Origin: Leucoraja ocellata
Lineage: Eukaryota
Reading direction: 5' to 3'
Assembly: GCA_036785375.1 (NCBI GenBank)
Contig: JAWMAR010004164.1
Coordinates: forward strand, 1-58,764
Length of the DNA stretch: 58,764 nt
A program made the translations under genes and the position numbers. The stretch's first letter is position 1; each line of letters opens with the position of its first letter. The notes beneath the pieces were generated by a model. The model worked only from the letters and a program-made list of their open reading frames with translations, had not been told where the DNA came from and ran no database searches. Positions 1-11,542 of this stretch are shown here, piece by piece.

Positions 1-308
1 AGTCCAGAACCAGGGGCCACACAGTCTTAGAATAAAGGGGAGGTCATTTAAGACTGAGGTGAGAAAAAACTTTTTCACCCAGAGAGTTGTGAATTTATGG
101 AATTCCCAGCCATGGCAGTGGAGGCCAAGTCACTGGATGGATTTAAGGGAGTATTAGATAGAGCTCTAGGGGCTAATGGAGTCAAGGGATATGGGGAGAA
201 GGCAGGTACAGGGTATTGATAGAGGACGATCAGCCATGATCACAATGAATGGCGGTGCTGGCTCGAAGGGCCGAATGGCCTCCTGCACCTATTTTCCATG
301 TCTATGTC
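1..308 (+). mobile_element. CR1 (HER1-like) LINE 3' fragment
   Basis: FFTQRVVNLWNS motif and conserved tail ggctcgaagggccgaatggcct. Confidence 0.9.
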
Positions 309-1324
309 TAAGGCCATCAGCAGTCACCAACTTAATATTTGTCCATTGTTTACTGCACGCCTTTGCTTTTGGTTCTTTGAATGAGAGTGGAGGATATGGT
401 GACAATTTAGCTGGTGCTGTATCTTTGTGTCACTCCAGGCAGATGGCAGATTTCCTCTAGAGAATGTCGGGAGGAAACAGCTGGGTCTACAACAATCACA
501 CCCACTTACTCATACCCCTCATGACAGATTCACTTGGCTAAATTTAAACGTTGCTAGTGCTGTGTGTGTATTTACATCATCCTGTCCTTGATCACTGTGT
601 AACCATCTGTCTGCCATTCCCAGACAATATATAGAGTCATATACTTACCCACACCGGCCAACATGTTTTGTTTTGTTTAGTATAGAGATACAGCAGGGGA
701 ACAGGCCATTCGGCCCACTGAGTCCGGGCCGGCCAGCGATTCCCACACACTAACACTATCCCACACACACACACACTGGGGGACAATTTACATTTATACC
801 AATTAACCAAGCCAGAGGGTGGTGAATCTGTGGGATTCTCTGCCACAGACGGCGGTGGAGGGTTGTTAATGGAGCTGACCAGTGATCCCCGCACACTAAC
901 ACTATCCTACATACACTGGGGCACAATTTACTATCTTTACCGAAGCCAATCATGGCTGATCATCTAAAATCAGTACCCCGTTCCTGCCTTCTCCCCATAT
1001 CCCTTGATTCCGCTAGCCCTTGTTTGACAGTCTCAATCTAACACTTTAAGACTCCCTCAGCACATATTAATGTTGTTACATACAACATAGACCATTCAGC
1101 CCTTCGAGCCAGCACCGCCATTCAATATGATCATGGCTGATCATCTAAAATCAGTACCCCGTTCCTGCTTTCTCCCCATATTCTTTTGTTCCGTTAGCCC
1201 AAAGAGCTAAATCTAACTCTCGCTTGAAAACATCCAGTGAATTGGCCTCCACTGCCTTCTGTGGCAGAGAATCCCACAGATTCACAACTCTCTGGGTGGA
1301 CAACAGGCCCTTTGGCCCAACTCG

Positions 1325-1771
1325 CCCACACCAACCAAAATGTCCCATCTACACTAGTCCCACACCGACCAACATGTCCCATCTATACTAGTCCCACACC
1401 GACCAACATGCCCCATCCACACTAGTCCCACACCGACCAACATGCCCCATCCACACTAGTCCCACACCGACCAACATGCCCCATCTACACTAGTCCCACA
1501 CTGACCAACATGCCCCATCTACACTAGTCCCACACCGACCAACATGCCCCATCTACACTAGTCCCACACCGACCAACATGCCCCATCCACACTAGTCCCA
1601 CCCCGACCAACATGTCCCATCTACACTAGTCCCACACCGACCAACATGCCCCATCCACACTAGTCCCACCCCGACCAACATGCCCCGTCTACACTAGTCC
1701 CACCCCGACCAACATGCCCCATCCACACTAGTCCCACACCGACCAACATGTCCCATCTATACTAATCCCAC
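1325..1771 (-). repeat. 34-bp minisatellite (~13 units) expanded from a CR1 3' UTR
   Basis: Unit ccccatctacactagtcccacaccgaccaacatg, inside a minus-strand CR1 at ~1303-2160. Confidence 0.95.
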
Positions 1772-2244
1772 TTGCCTGCTTATGGGCCAAATCCCTCTAA
1801 ACCTGCCCTATCCATGTACCTGTCTAATTGCTTCTTACATTTTGCGATAGTCCCTGTCTCAACTACCACTAAACGCCCACCACCCTTTGTGTGAAAAAGT
1901 TACCCCTCAGATTCCTATCAAATCTTTACCCCTTCACCTTAAACCAATGTCCTCTGGTCCTCGATTCCCCTACTCTGGGCAAGAGACCCTGTGCGTCTAC
2001 CCGATCTATTCCTCTCATGATTTTATACACCTCTGTAAGATCACCCCTCATCCTCCTGCGATCCAAGGAATAGAGACCCAGCCTACTCAACCTCTCCCTG
2101 TAGCTCACACCCTCTAGTCCTGGCAACATCCTTGTAAATCTTCTCTGCACCCTTTCCAACTTTGAACTGTGTTTGGTTATTGAAGATGCAGGAGGGTGGT
2201 TCTGTTTTTTTTTAATTTTTATTAGAACCAATTGTACAAGAATT

Positions 2245-2670
2245 GCCCCGCCTTACCTCTCTGAGCTGCTCCACCCATACGCTCCTGCCCGGTCCCTCAG
2301 GTCAGCTGCTCCTGGAGGTACCGAGGTCTAATCGGAAGCTCAGAGGGGATAGAGCCTTCTCTGTTGCTGCTCCGGCACTCTGGAACACCCTGCCGTTGCA
2401 CATCAGACAGGCCCCCTCACTGTCCATCTTCAAATCCAGTGTTAAAACACATTTGTACGCCCTGGCTTTTGACCATGCCTGAGGCTTTGCTTCTGTTTTT
2501 TATTGTTTTTAATGTTTCTTTATTTTACATGTCTTTTCCTACTATTTCTTTTGATTGTTATTATTGGTGTGTATTAACTTTTTTGTCAATGATTAGTGAT
2601 GTACAGCACTTTGTTGCAGCTATGATTGTTTTTAAAGTGCTCTATAAATAAAATTATTATTATTATTATT
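2245..2670 (+). mobile_element. L2-clade LINE 3' fragment
   Basis: GDRAFSVAAPALWNTLP.HIRQAPSLSIFKSSVKTHLY followed by an (att)n tail. Confidence 0.85.
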
Positions 2671-2842
2671 AAGAATAAACCATTCGGCATGTAAAATTAT
2701 ACAATTGTTGTACAGCTTCAATTTTTAACCCGAAAACGAGGGAAAAGAAGAGAAAACGAACCTCCAGTTTAAATTCCATTTGGGATATTTTGGAGGACCA
2801 AGAAACAAGGGAGGGAAAAAATGAAAAGATAGGACCCCTAGA

Positions 2843-3155
2843 CTGATTCCCACCCTGGGGCCATATCATGGGGTGGGGGGGCACAGAAAAATGTTGGGAT
2901 CTAGGGGGCCACAGGTTCAATGAAGGGGGCCACAGAATTACCTCCTAAATTACAGTTCTAATACATTAACATCTATGTAGTTGAAATATTTTTGATGTTT
3001 GTGGAATAGAATAAAAGGGAATATATGTGCAATTAATACACACTGATATTTTTATGGAAGGTATTATATTGAGGTACTTTTGGTCAGGGGGGGGGCCACC
3101 GAAAAATTAAAAGATCCCGGGGGGGGCATGAGCTAAAAAAGTTTGGGAACCACTG
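2843..3155. mobile_element. hAT (Charlie-like) non-autonomous DNA transposon
   Basis: Right end gtttgggaaccactg is followed by GTCTAGAC; the left end tgattcccaccctgggg follows cctagac. Confidence 0.65.
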
Positions 3156-3414
3156 GTCTAGACCAAAGTAGTGTGGAGAAAGCGTGAATATAGATATAAG
3201 CGAAAAAAGCAAAAAGCATCGTACACTCACTCACACTCAGTCTGAAGAAGGGTTTCGGCCCGAAACATTGCCTATTTCATTCGCTCCATAGATGCTGCTG
3301 CATCCGCTGAGTTTCTCCAGCATTTTTGTGTAACCTTCGATTCTCCAGCATCTGCAGTTCCCTCTTAAACACACCCTCCTGCATATTGGGGGAAATGAAT
3401 GACTTTTACACCAA

Positions 3415-3840
3415 CAGGATTGTGAAGACCGCCAGCAGGATTATTGGTGCTCCACTCCCTTTCCTGCTGGACATATACAGGAAGAGATGTATCAACAGAG
3501 CCATCTCCATCATCAAAGACCCCTACCACCCATCGCATCACATATTCTCCATCCTGCCATCTGGGAAGAGGTACAGGAGCATTAGCTGCAAAACCAGCAG
3601 GATGCTCCTCAGCTTCTTCCCGCAGGCTATAAGACTGATAAACGGACTTTGCCCCCTGCCAAAGTATCGCGCACCAACCACCAACCTGGACACACTGCAG
3701 CAGCTGTCGATCGGAACGCCTGTTGATGTTTAGGAGAGAGTAGTGTTTAATTTAATTTGTTCATGATATATGTATTTTTATTTCTATTTATTTGTTGTTA
3801 TTTGTACTGCACACTGAATGGACACTGGTTGAGCAACGTT
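3415..3840 (+). mobile_element. Rex1/Babar-type LINE 3' fragment
   Basis: RIVKTASRIIG..LP...IIKDPYHPSHHIFSILPSGKRYRSI...SFFPQAIRL. Confidence 0.85.
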
Positions 3841-4559
3841 TTTTTAGAAACATAGAAATTAGGTGCAGGAGTAGAGGCCATTCGGCCCTTCGAGCCTGCA
3901 CCGCCATTCAATATGATCATGGCTGATCATCCAACTCAGTATCCCGTACCTGCCTTCTCTCCATACCCCCTGATCCCCTTAGCCACAAGGGCCACATCTA
4001 ACTCCCTCTTAAATATAGCCAATGAACTGGCCTCAACTACCCTCTGTGGCAGAGAGTTCCAGAGATTCAACACTCTCTGTGTGAAAAAAATTCTTCTCAT
4101 CTCGGTTTTAAAGGATTTCCCCCTTATCCTTAAGCTGTGACCCCTTGTCCTGGAGTTGTAGCAGGGTAGGTAGGAGGTAGCTCTGTGGCCCCCTTCATTG
4201 AACCTGTGCCCCCTAGATCCCAACATTTTTCTGTGCCCCCCACCCCATGATATGGCCCCAGGTTGGGAATCACTGGTCTAGGTGTCCTATCTTTTCATTT
4301 ATTCCCTCCCATGTGTCTTGGTCCTCCAAAATATCCCAAATGGAATTTAAACTGGAGGTTTTTTTTCGCTTCTTTTCCCTTGTTTCCTCTGGGTATGTGA
4401 GTACTCAGGAAATTACAATAAAGATATCCTGATACTGACACTGCTGGCCCACCTCGCCCAACCCAGAATCGGATTGAAATGCGTTTGTGATTTGTGGTGG
4501 AGTGGAGTTTGTACATAGTGTAGGCAGGACCAAAGATCCTATAGCAGAGCTCTGCTGTA

Positions 4560-4887
4560 AGATCTTTGGGCAGGACGGAGACAGGGAGTGAGATACGGAC
4601 CCGCGTTTGGAAACTCCTTCAAACTCTTGCCCTTAAAGTTGCAACCAATGAAAAGTAGCTGAGAACATTTTTTCCCAGCGCGACACCACCGGCTCCGGGC
4701 AAGATTGCAAGAAATCCACGTTGTTTGTCCCCCCCCCTTGAAGTTTGGACCCTCCGGTTCTGTGTAGGGAGGGTCCCCGCTAAACCAGAGCCCGCTGAGC
4801 TTGGCTTTGACCAGCGCCCGGTGTTGGAGCCCCGCGGCCGCTCCACTCGCTCCGGCCCCGGCCCCGGACACAGACACGCCTCGCAGG
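4560..4887 (+). promoter_or_regulatory. CD276: Probable CD276 promoter and non-coding exon 1 (TSS not determinable)
   Basis: TE-free GC/CpG-rich island upstream of the coding exons, with CCAAT at 4645-4649, kB-like TGGAAACTCC at 4608-4617, GC-rich ccggccccggccccgg and a strong donor CAGG|GTAAGG (GT 4888-4889). The ATG exon begins with an acceptor, so an upstream exon is required. Confidence 0.55.
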
Positions 4888-5917
4888 GTAAGGTCCGCTC
4901 TTTTGTCTCCATTAACGTTGAAAATGCTCCAGAAAAAAAAACTGGGAAGAGCTGGAGGGAGGGAGGGCTGACGGAAACGGTGGCTCATAAAGAGGAAGTC
5001 TGGTGGATCCAAGCTGAGGATATTTTTGCAATTGAGCTTAAAATGAAATTGCATCTTAAAGGAATATCAGCTTTGAATCAGTGAGCACCGGCAGTCAGTA
5101 CAACCCCTTTTATTTTTTTCTTTAGTTATAACACACTTGACTCTATTGACTAGTTCACGGTTCCTTTGTGTAGGAAGAAGCTGCTTTAAACAGTGGACAC
5201 AAAAAGCTGGAGTAACTCAGCGGGACAGACAACATCTCTGGAGAGAAGGATTACTTACTGTAGGTAATGTTTTGGGGTCGAGACTCTTCCTCGTTTTAAT
5301 AACTGTCTTGTTGCAAGGGGTTGGACAGGCTAGATGCAGGAGGATTGTTCCCGATGTTGGGGAAGTCCAGGACAAGGGCTCACAGTTTAAGGATAAGGGG
5401 GAAATCTATTAGGGCTGAGATGAGAAAAACATTTTTCACACAGAGTGGTGAATCTGTGGAATTCTCTGCCACATAAGGTAGTTGAGGCCACAGTTCATTG
5501 GCTATATTTAAGAGGGAGTTAGATGTGGCCCTTGTGGCTAAAGGGATCAGGGGGTATGGAGAGAAGGCAGGTACAGGATACTGAGTTGGATGATCAGCCA
5601 TGATCATATTGAATGGCGGTGCAGGCTCGAAGGGCCGAATGGCCTCTACTCCTGCACCTATTTTCTATGTTTCTTGGGGGATTGTTTCAGGAGCTACTAA
5701 AGAACGGTTCTGTGTGCCAGCAGAACTATTTCACCCCCAACTGTATCGGTCTGTAACGAGTTTGTAGGAGTTTGTAGAGATATCGTAGTGGCTCGTAATG
5801 CCGGCCGTAGGTACTCGTGGCATCAGGTAAGTCGGGACATTTTTTCCAGCCCAATAAAAAATGTCCACGAAGAAAAAAATGGTCGGGATGAAAGAAATTG
5901 CAACTTTTTAGTCGTAA

Positions 5918-6264
5918 TGGCCCTGTCCCACTGTATGAGTTAATTCCAAGAGTCTCCTGAGTTTAAAAAAAATCAAACTTGTGGTAAGCACGGAGAATGT
6001 ACGTAGCGGGTACGTCGGAGCTCGGGGACGTCTCTTAGCGGCTCGTAACGCTAACGGCAGGTACTCGGGAAGCTCGGGAAGACTCGTGAAGATTTTTCAA
6101 CATGTGTTGGTCGGGGTGGGACTAGTGCAGATGGGGCATGTTGAAAAATGTCCACGAGAGCCCCGAGTACCGACGAGCGGCCATTACTGTAAATCTCTGA
6201 GTTCGAATCAGGGGCAAACTCGGGAGAACTCTTGGAAATGAACTTGTACAGTGGGACAGGGCTA
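5918..6264. mobile_element. PIF/Harbinger-like MITE, subfamily A
   Basis: TIR TGGCCCTGTCCCACTGTA / TACAGTGGGACAGGGCTA with TAA on both sides (5915-5917, 6265-6267). Confidence 0.85.
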
Positions 6265-6407
6265 TAAGGAGGGCATCGAAATAGTCGTGGGATTTCGAAG
6301 ACGTACTTGTAGGAGTTCGTAGATTACCACGTTCTTGATTTTTTTAGGTCCTTTAAACTAGGCAGAGGTTTTGAATTAATTGTGAGAGAGGGAACCTGAG
6401 GGGCAAC

Positions 6408-6615
6408 TGGGGTAGTGATGAAGATGTGGGGCCTCGTGGACAGCGAGCATCTCCTGCGGGTGTGGGGACCCAACACAGACAGTGGAGCACATAGTCACCA
6501 GTTGCCCCAAACACCGGTCGGCCACCCAATGGTGAACGAGGTCTGATTGGCCTGGACGTTGGCCTGGCTCGCCTCAACGGAGCTGCAGGTCTAAAAGACA
6601 CACGACCGAAGAAGA
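6408..6615 (+). mobile_element. 5'-truncated Ingi/Vingi-like (I-group) LINE 3' end
   Basis: Encodes SCGCGDPTQTVEHIVTSCPKHR (CCHC knuckle) followed by a stop, a very short UTR and (GAA)3. TSD AGGGGCAAC at 6399-6407 and 6616-6624 within a CR1 fragment. Confidence 0.7.
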
Positions 6616-6766
6616 AGGGGCAACCTTTCTTGTGCTAAGGGTGGTGGGCGTTTGGAATGAGGGGGCAGTTGTGGCAGGAACTATCACAATGATTAAAAAA
6701 AACATTGGGACCGGAACATGGATCGGAAAGCTTTAGAAAGGTACTAGATGGGCTAAATGCAGGTAG

Positions 6767-7411
6767 GTGGGACTAGTGTAGATGGGGCATGTTGGTCGGG
6801 GTGGGACTAGTGTAGATGGGGCATGTTGGTCGGGGTGGGACTAGTGTAGATGGGGCATGTTGGTCGGGGTGGGACTAGTGTAGATGGGGCATGTTGGTCG
6901 GGGTGGGACTAGTGTAGATGGGGCATGTTGGTCGGGGTGGGACTAGTGTAGATGGGGCATGTTGGTCGGGGTGGGACTAGTGTAGATGGGGCATGTTGGT
7001 CGGGGTGGGACTAGTGTAGATGGGGCATGTTGGTTGGGGTGGGACTAGTGTAGACGGGGCATGTTGGTCGGGGTGGGACTAGTGTAGATGGGGCATGTTG
7101 GTCGGGGTGGGACTAGTGTAGATGGGGCATGTTGGTCGGGGTGGGACTAGTGTAGACGGGGCATGTTGGTCGGGGTGGGACTAGTGTAGATGGGGCATGT
7201 TGGTCGGGGTGGGACTAGTGTAGATGGGGCATGTTGGTCTGGGTGGGACTAGTGTAGACGGGGCATGTTGGTCGGGGTGGGACTAGTGTAGATGGGGCAT
7301 GTTGGTCGGGGTGGGACTAGTGTAGACGGGGCATGTTGGTCGGGGTGGGACTAGTGTAGATGGGGCATGTTGGTCGGGGTGGGACTAGTGTAGATGGGGC
7401 ATGTTGGTCGG
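6767..7411 (+). repeat. 34-bp G-rich minisatellite (~19 units), reverse complement of the 1325-1771 array
   Basis: Unit gggactagtgtagatggggcatgttggtcggggt. Confidence 0.95.
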
Positions 7412-7748
7412 CATGTGCCTTACAGTTCTCCCTGTGACTGCTGGGTTTTATCCGGGTGCTCCGGTTTCCTCCCACATCCCAAAGACCTGTAGGCTAATTG
7501 GCCCCTAGTGTGCAGGGAGTGGTTGAGAAACTGGGATACCACAGAACTAGCATCAATGGCCGGCGTGGATTTGGCGGGCCGAAGGGCCTGTTTCCAAGCT
7601 GATCTTTCAATCCATCAATTTGCCGTGATGTCTCGTCCACAAGGCACATTAAAGACCAGCAGTGTAATTGGTGTAAAAGTCATTAATTTCCCCCAATATG
7701 CAAGCGGGCATGAGTGTACAATGCTTGCAAGGAACGAGCTGGTGAGAC

Positions 7749-7803
7749 GGGGTGGGGAGATTGCAACCTTCACGTGGTCAGCCCTGTTTCGACGAATGCA
7801 ATC
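7749..7803 (+). ncRNA. Minimal HDV/CPEB3-like self-cleaving ribozyme motif
   Basis: P1 GGGGTGG/CAGCCCT (G1.U wobble, one mismatch), P2 GATTGCA/TGCAATC, P3 ACC/GGT, L3 TTCACGT, J4/2 CGAA; P4 reduced to GTTTCGA. Confidence 0.8.
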
Positions 7804-7879
7804 AACCTGGCGTGCACAATCAAATAGAACAAGTTGTCCTGCAACTTTAGGCTGTGCCCGCCACTCGCAAGAAGAAGAC
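7749..7879 (+). mobile_element. ~130-nt non-autonomous retroelement with 5' HDV-like ribozyme, copy 1
   Basis: TSD GCTGGTGAGAC at 7738-7748 and 7880-7890, (GAA)n tail, near-identical copies at 11408 and 44474. Confidence 0.9.
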
Positions 7880-10564
7880 GCTGGTGAGACCAGGAAAGCT
7901 ACCTTCGGCAATCAGACTTGTGATGAAGTCTTAGCGAGACTTCATCATCCCCTGGCTCTGTGAAAGGAAATGAAACATTTGCCAGAATTCTTCCCTCTCT
8001 ATATCATCGTTCCTCAATTGCGATGTGAATAACAGAGTCTGTATCCAAGGCTGTGACCCCACCCATCAGTCCCCGCCAACTGACCTACTTTACATTCCGG
8101 CTCGGAAGAGCAGCTTTAAAACCTGCATTCTAGGTTGAAATCCTCTTAGAAGCATAGAGACATAGACAATAGGTGCAGGAGTAGAGGCCATTCAGCCCTT
8201 CGAGCCTGCACCGCCATTCAATATGATCACGGCTGATCATCCAACTCAATATCCTGTATCTGCCTTCTCTCCATACCCCCTGATCCCTTTAGCCACAAGG
8301 GCCACATCTAACTCCCTCTTAAATATAGCCAATGAACTGTGTGGCCTCAACTACCCTCTGTGGCAGAGAATTCCACAGATTCACCACTCTACGTGAATTT
8401 TTTTTTTCTCAGCTCTGTCCTAAAAGACTTCCTTCCTCCTTATCCTTAAACTGTGTGACCCCTAGTTCTGGACTTCCCCAACATCGGGAACAATCTTCCT
8501 GCATCTAGCCTGTCCAACCCTTTAAGAATTTTGTACGTTTCTATAAGATCCCCCCTCAATCTTCTTAATTCTAGCGAGTACAAGCCGAGTCTTCCCTAAC
8601 TGTTCCTCATAATAATTTGTGTTTGCACAGGGAACAGGCAGGGCGAGGACTGCAGGCTCTCGTCTCTGAGTGGTATCAGTAAACCAGACGGCTTACTACA
8701 CCAATCTGGTAGTCTTGTAATTATTACCAATGACTATATAAATCGTAGGAGTGGAATTAGGCCATTTGGCCCATCACGGTAGATCTGTGACTCTTCAAGT
8801 TGGAAGATAGACACAAAATGCTGGAGAAACTCAGCGGGTCCAGCAGCATCTATGGAGCGAAGGAAATAGGCAACGTTTCGTGCCGAAACCTGCTGTTTTA
8901 ATCAGTATCCAAACTAGCTTGGTCAACATGGAGAGACATAAAATGCTGGAGTAACTCAGCGGGACTCTGGAGAGAAGGAATGGGTGACGTTTCAGATCGA
9001 GACCTTTCTTCTGTTCTCGACCCGTTCCTTCTCTCCGGAGATGCTGCCTGTCCCGCTGAGTTACTCCAGCATTTTGTGTCTATCTTCCAACTTCTTTACT
9101 ATATCTGAGGCATCAAAAACCAAGGCCATGAAGCTTGGCACCAGTTGTAGTTTGATGAAGAGTTGACCTCAGTTGTACTTGCTTTCCCTGTCTGGTTTGA
9201 CAACGTCCTTCTTTCCTACCCGCTGGTCAGCACGGGTTCAGATTAAGGACGGAAAGTGACCTCATCCTGTTATTTTTAGACCTTGCGTCTGGAGAAAAAA
9301 AAAGCTGACTGTTTCTTGAGAATCCAATCTTGCCTCTCCCTCCCTCACATAGTAAATGCACTGCGGAGTTGTTGGCAGGAGAAGAATATCGTTGCTTTGA
9401 AGAAAGTTAGAGAGTGGCACAGTGGTGCAGCGGTAGAGTTGCTGGCTCACAGCACCAGAGACCCAGGTTCGATCCTGACTACGGGTGCCGTTTGTGCCTT
9501 CTCCTTTTTCTTTCAAATTCTTTTTATTTGTTTTTTTCAAAAGCAAAATAGTAATGATAAACATAACAGTGATATTGATCCAGAGGGATCAGGGTTACAT
9601 TAATGGCAGGTAAAACCTAAATACGAGCCCAGTGTCAACATACACATTGAATATAGACTTCCTGGTCTCTATGTAAATATAGTTACGTGTTTAAAAGAGC
9701 TTATATGTATAAAAACAAAAAGATTTTTTTTTAAAAGATCGAAAAAATGAAATAACAAAACCCCCCTAAACTAAAGAAGAAGAAGAAAAAAATAAATAAA
9801 AACTGAATCTGGACGGCAAAGAGTTTCAACAATTTAAGTCCTTGTTTGTCATCAAGTCCGTTGCACTGTATACCAGTAAAATTATTATAACAGTTGGAGA
9901 GGAGACAGTTCTTGTCGTATGAAAATGTTGAATAACTCTTCCCCAAGTCCGATCAAATTTAACCAAGGGTTCAACAATGTTTGTGTCTTCTCCCTGTGAC
10001 CTGCGTGAGTTTTCTCCAAGATCTTCGGTTTCCTCCCACACTCCAAAGACGTACAGGTTTGTAGGTTAATTGGCTTGGTGTGAATGTAAATTGTCCCCAG
10101 TGTGTGTAGGGTAATGTTGGTGTGTGGGACTCGGTTGGCCGATGAGCATGTTCCCGCACTGTATCTCTAAACTAAACTGAAGTTGTTTCTTTGCTCTGCC
10201 TTTGATACTTCATTTTGAAGGAATCGGATGGAAGGAAGGACAAGGAATTAGTGAGACTGCCTCACCTTTACACCTGCACCTACTGCTGACACTAATTGAA
10301 CCTTGCAGGCAGTATCGCAGTGAGTCATGCCCCATACATCCCACAAAGCTTTGCCCACCAGCTGACATCTGTGTGTTATATTGCTCTTAACTCCCTCTAA
10401 ATGGTGATTATCTGTGTGTGCCTTGTGCTTAAATACATTTGCACTTTGTCAGGAGTGTCGAGAGAAAAAATACAGCGCAGTATTTGGATAGTGTCATTGG
10501 AAACATGAGCCACCAGAATGCACACACATAACCTATGCCAAGAGCCAAGAGCTTCTTCAGATCC

Positions 10565-11128
10565 TGGAGTATTGCGTACAGTTTTGGTCTCCAAATCTGA
10601 GGAAGGACATTATTGCCATAGAGGGAGTGGAGAGACGGTTCACCAGACTGATTCCTGGGATGTCAGGACTGTCTTATGAAGAAAGACTGGATAGACTTGG
10701 TTTATACTCTCTAGAATTTAGAAGATTGAGAGGGGATCTTATAGAAACTTACAAAATTCTTAAGGGGTTGGACAGGCTAGATGCAGGAAGATTGTTCCCG
10801 ATGTTGGGGAAGTCCAGGACAAGGGGTCACAGCTTAAGGATAAAGGGGAAATCCTTTAAAACCGAGATGAGAAGAACTTTTTTCACACAGAGAGTGGTGA
10901 ATCTCTGGAACTCTCTGCCACAGAGGGTAGTTGAGGCCAGTTCATTGGCTATATTTAAGAGGGAGTTAGATGTGGCCCTTGTGGCTAAGGGGATCAGGGG
11001 GTATGAAGAGAAGGCAGGTACGGGATACTGAGTTGGATGATCAGCCATGATCATATTGAATGGCGGTGCAGGCTCGAAGGGCCGAATGGCCTACTCCTGC
11101 ACCTAATTTCTATGTTTCTATGTTTCTA
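10565..11128 (+). mobile_element. CR1 LINE 3' fragment
   Basis: [40 protein letters not shown]...RTRGHSL...FFTQRVVNLWNSLP, with (tttctatg)n tail. Confidence 0.92.
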
Positions 11129-11407
11129 TCTGATATCGAGGGGCAATCAAAACTGTTTGATCACAAATATTCAGTTTCCCTACTTTTGATTTTCAAGTCT
11201 TTGGAAGGTTGATTGCTCAGGGTTTAGGGTGTAGATAGAGTGGATGTGGAGTGGATGTTTCCACTTGTGGGAGAGTCTAGGACTCGGAATCGATGTGTCG
11301 AAAGGAACTGCAGATGCTGGTTTACACTGAAGAGTAATTCTTCGGAGTCTGCAGAAGTGTCTCGACCTGAAAGGTCACCTATTCCTTCTATCCAGTGATG
11401 CTGCCTG

Positions 11408-11542
11408 GGGGTGGGGAGATTGCAAACTTCATGTGGTCCGCCCTGTTTCGACTAATGCAATCAACTCGACGTGCACAAACGGAAGATCAAATAGAACAAG
11501 TTGTCCTACAACTTTAGGCTGTGCACGCCACATGCAAGAAGA
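11408..11542 (+). mobile_element. HDV-ribozyme retroelement copy 2, inserted in a Penelope terminal repeat
   Basis: TSD AGTGATGCTGCCTG (11394-11407) / AGTGATGCTCTCTG (11543-11556). Ribozyme 11408-11462 has J4/2 CTAA and substitutions in P3 and L3. Confidence 0.88.

Noticed and set aside
4539-5054. 171-aa minus-strand ORF over the promoter
   Set aside because: No recognisable domain; long open frames are expected in GC-rich sequence.
6767-7411. CRISPR-like 34-bp repeat array
   Set aside because: Pure tandem repeat derived from a CR1 3' UTR, with no spacers or cas genes.
8631-8720. Extra 5' UTR exon after tttgtgtttgcacag
   Set aside because: Plausible acceptor but no convincing donor or other support.
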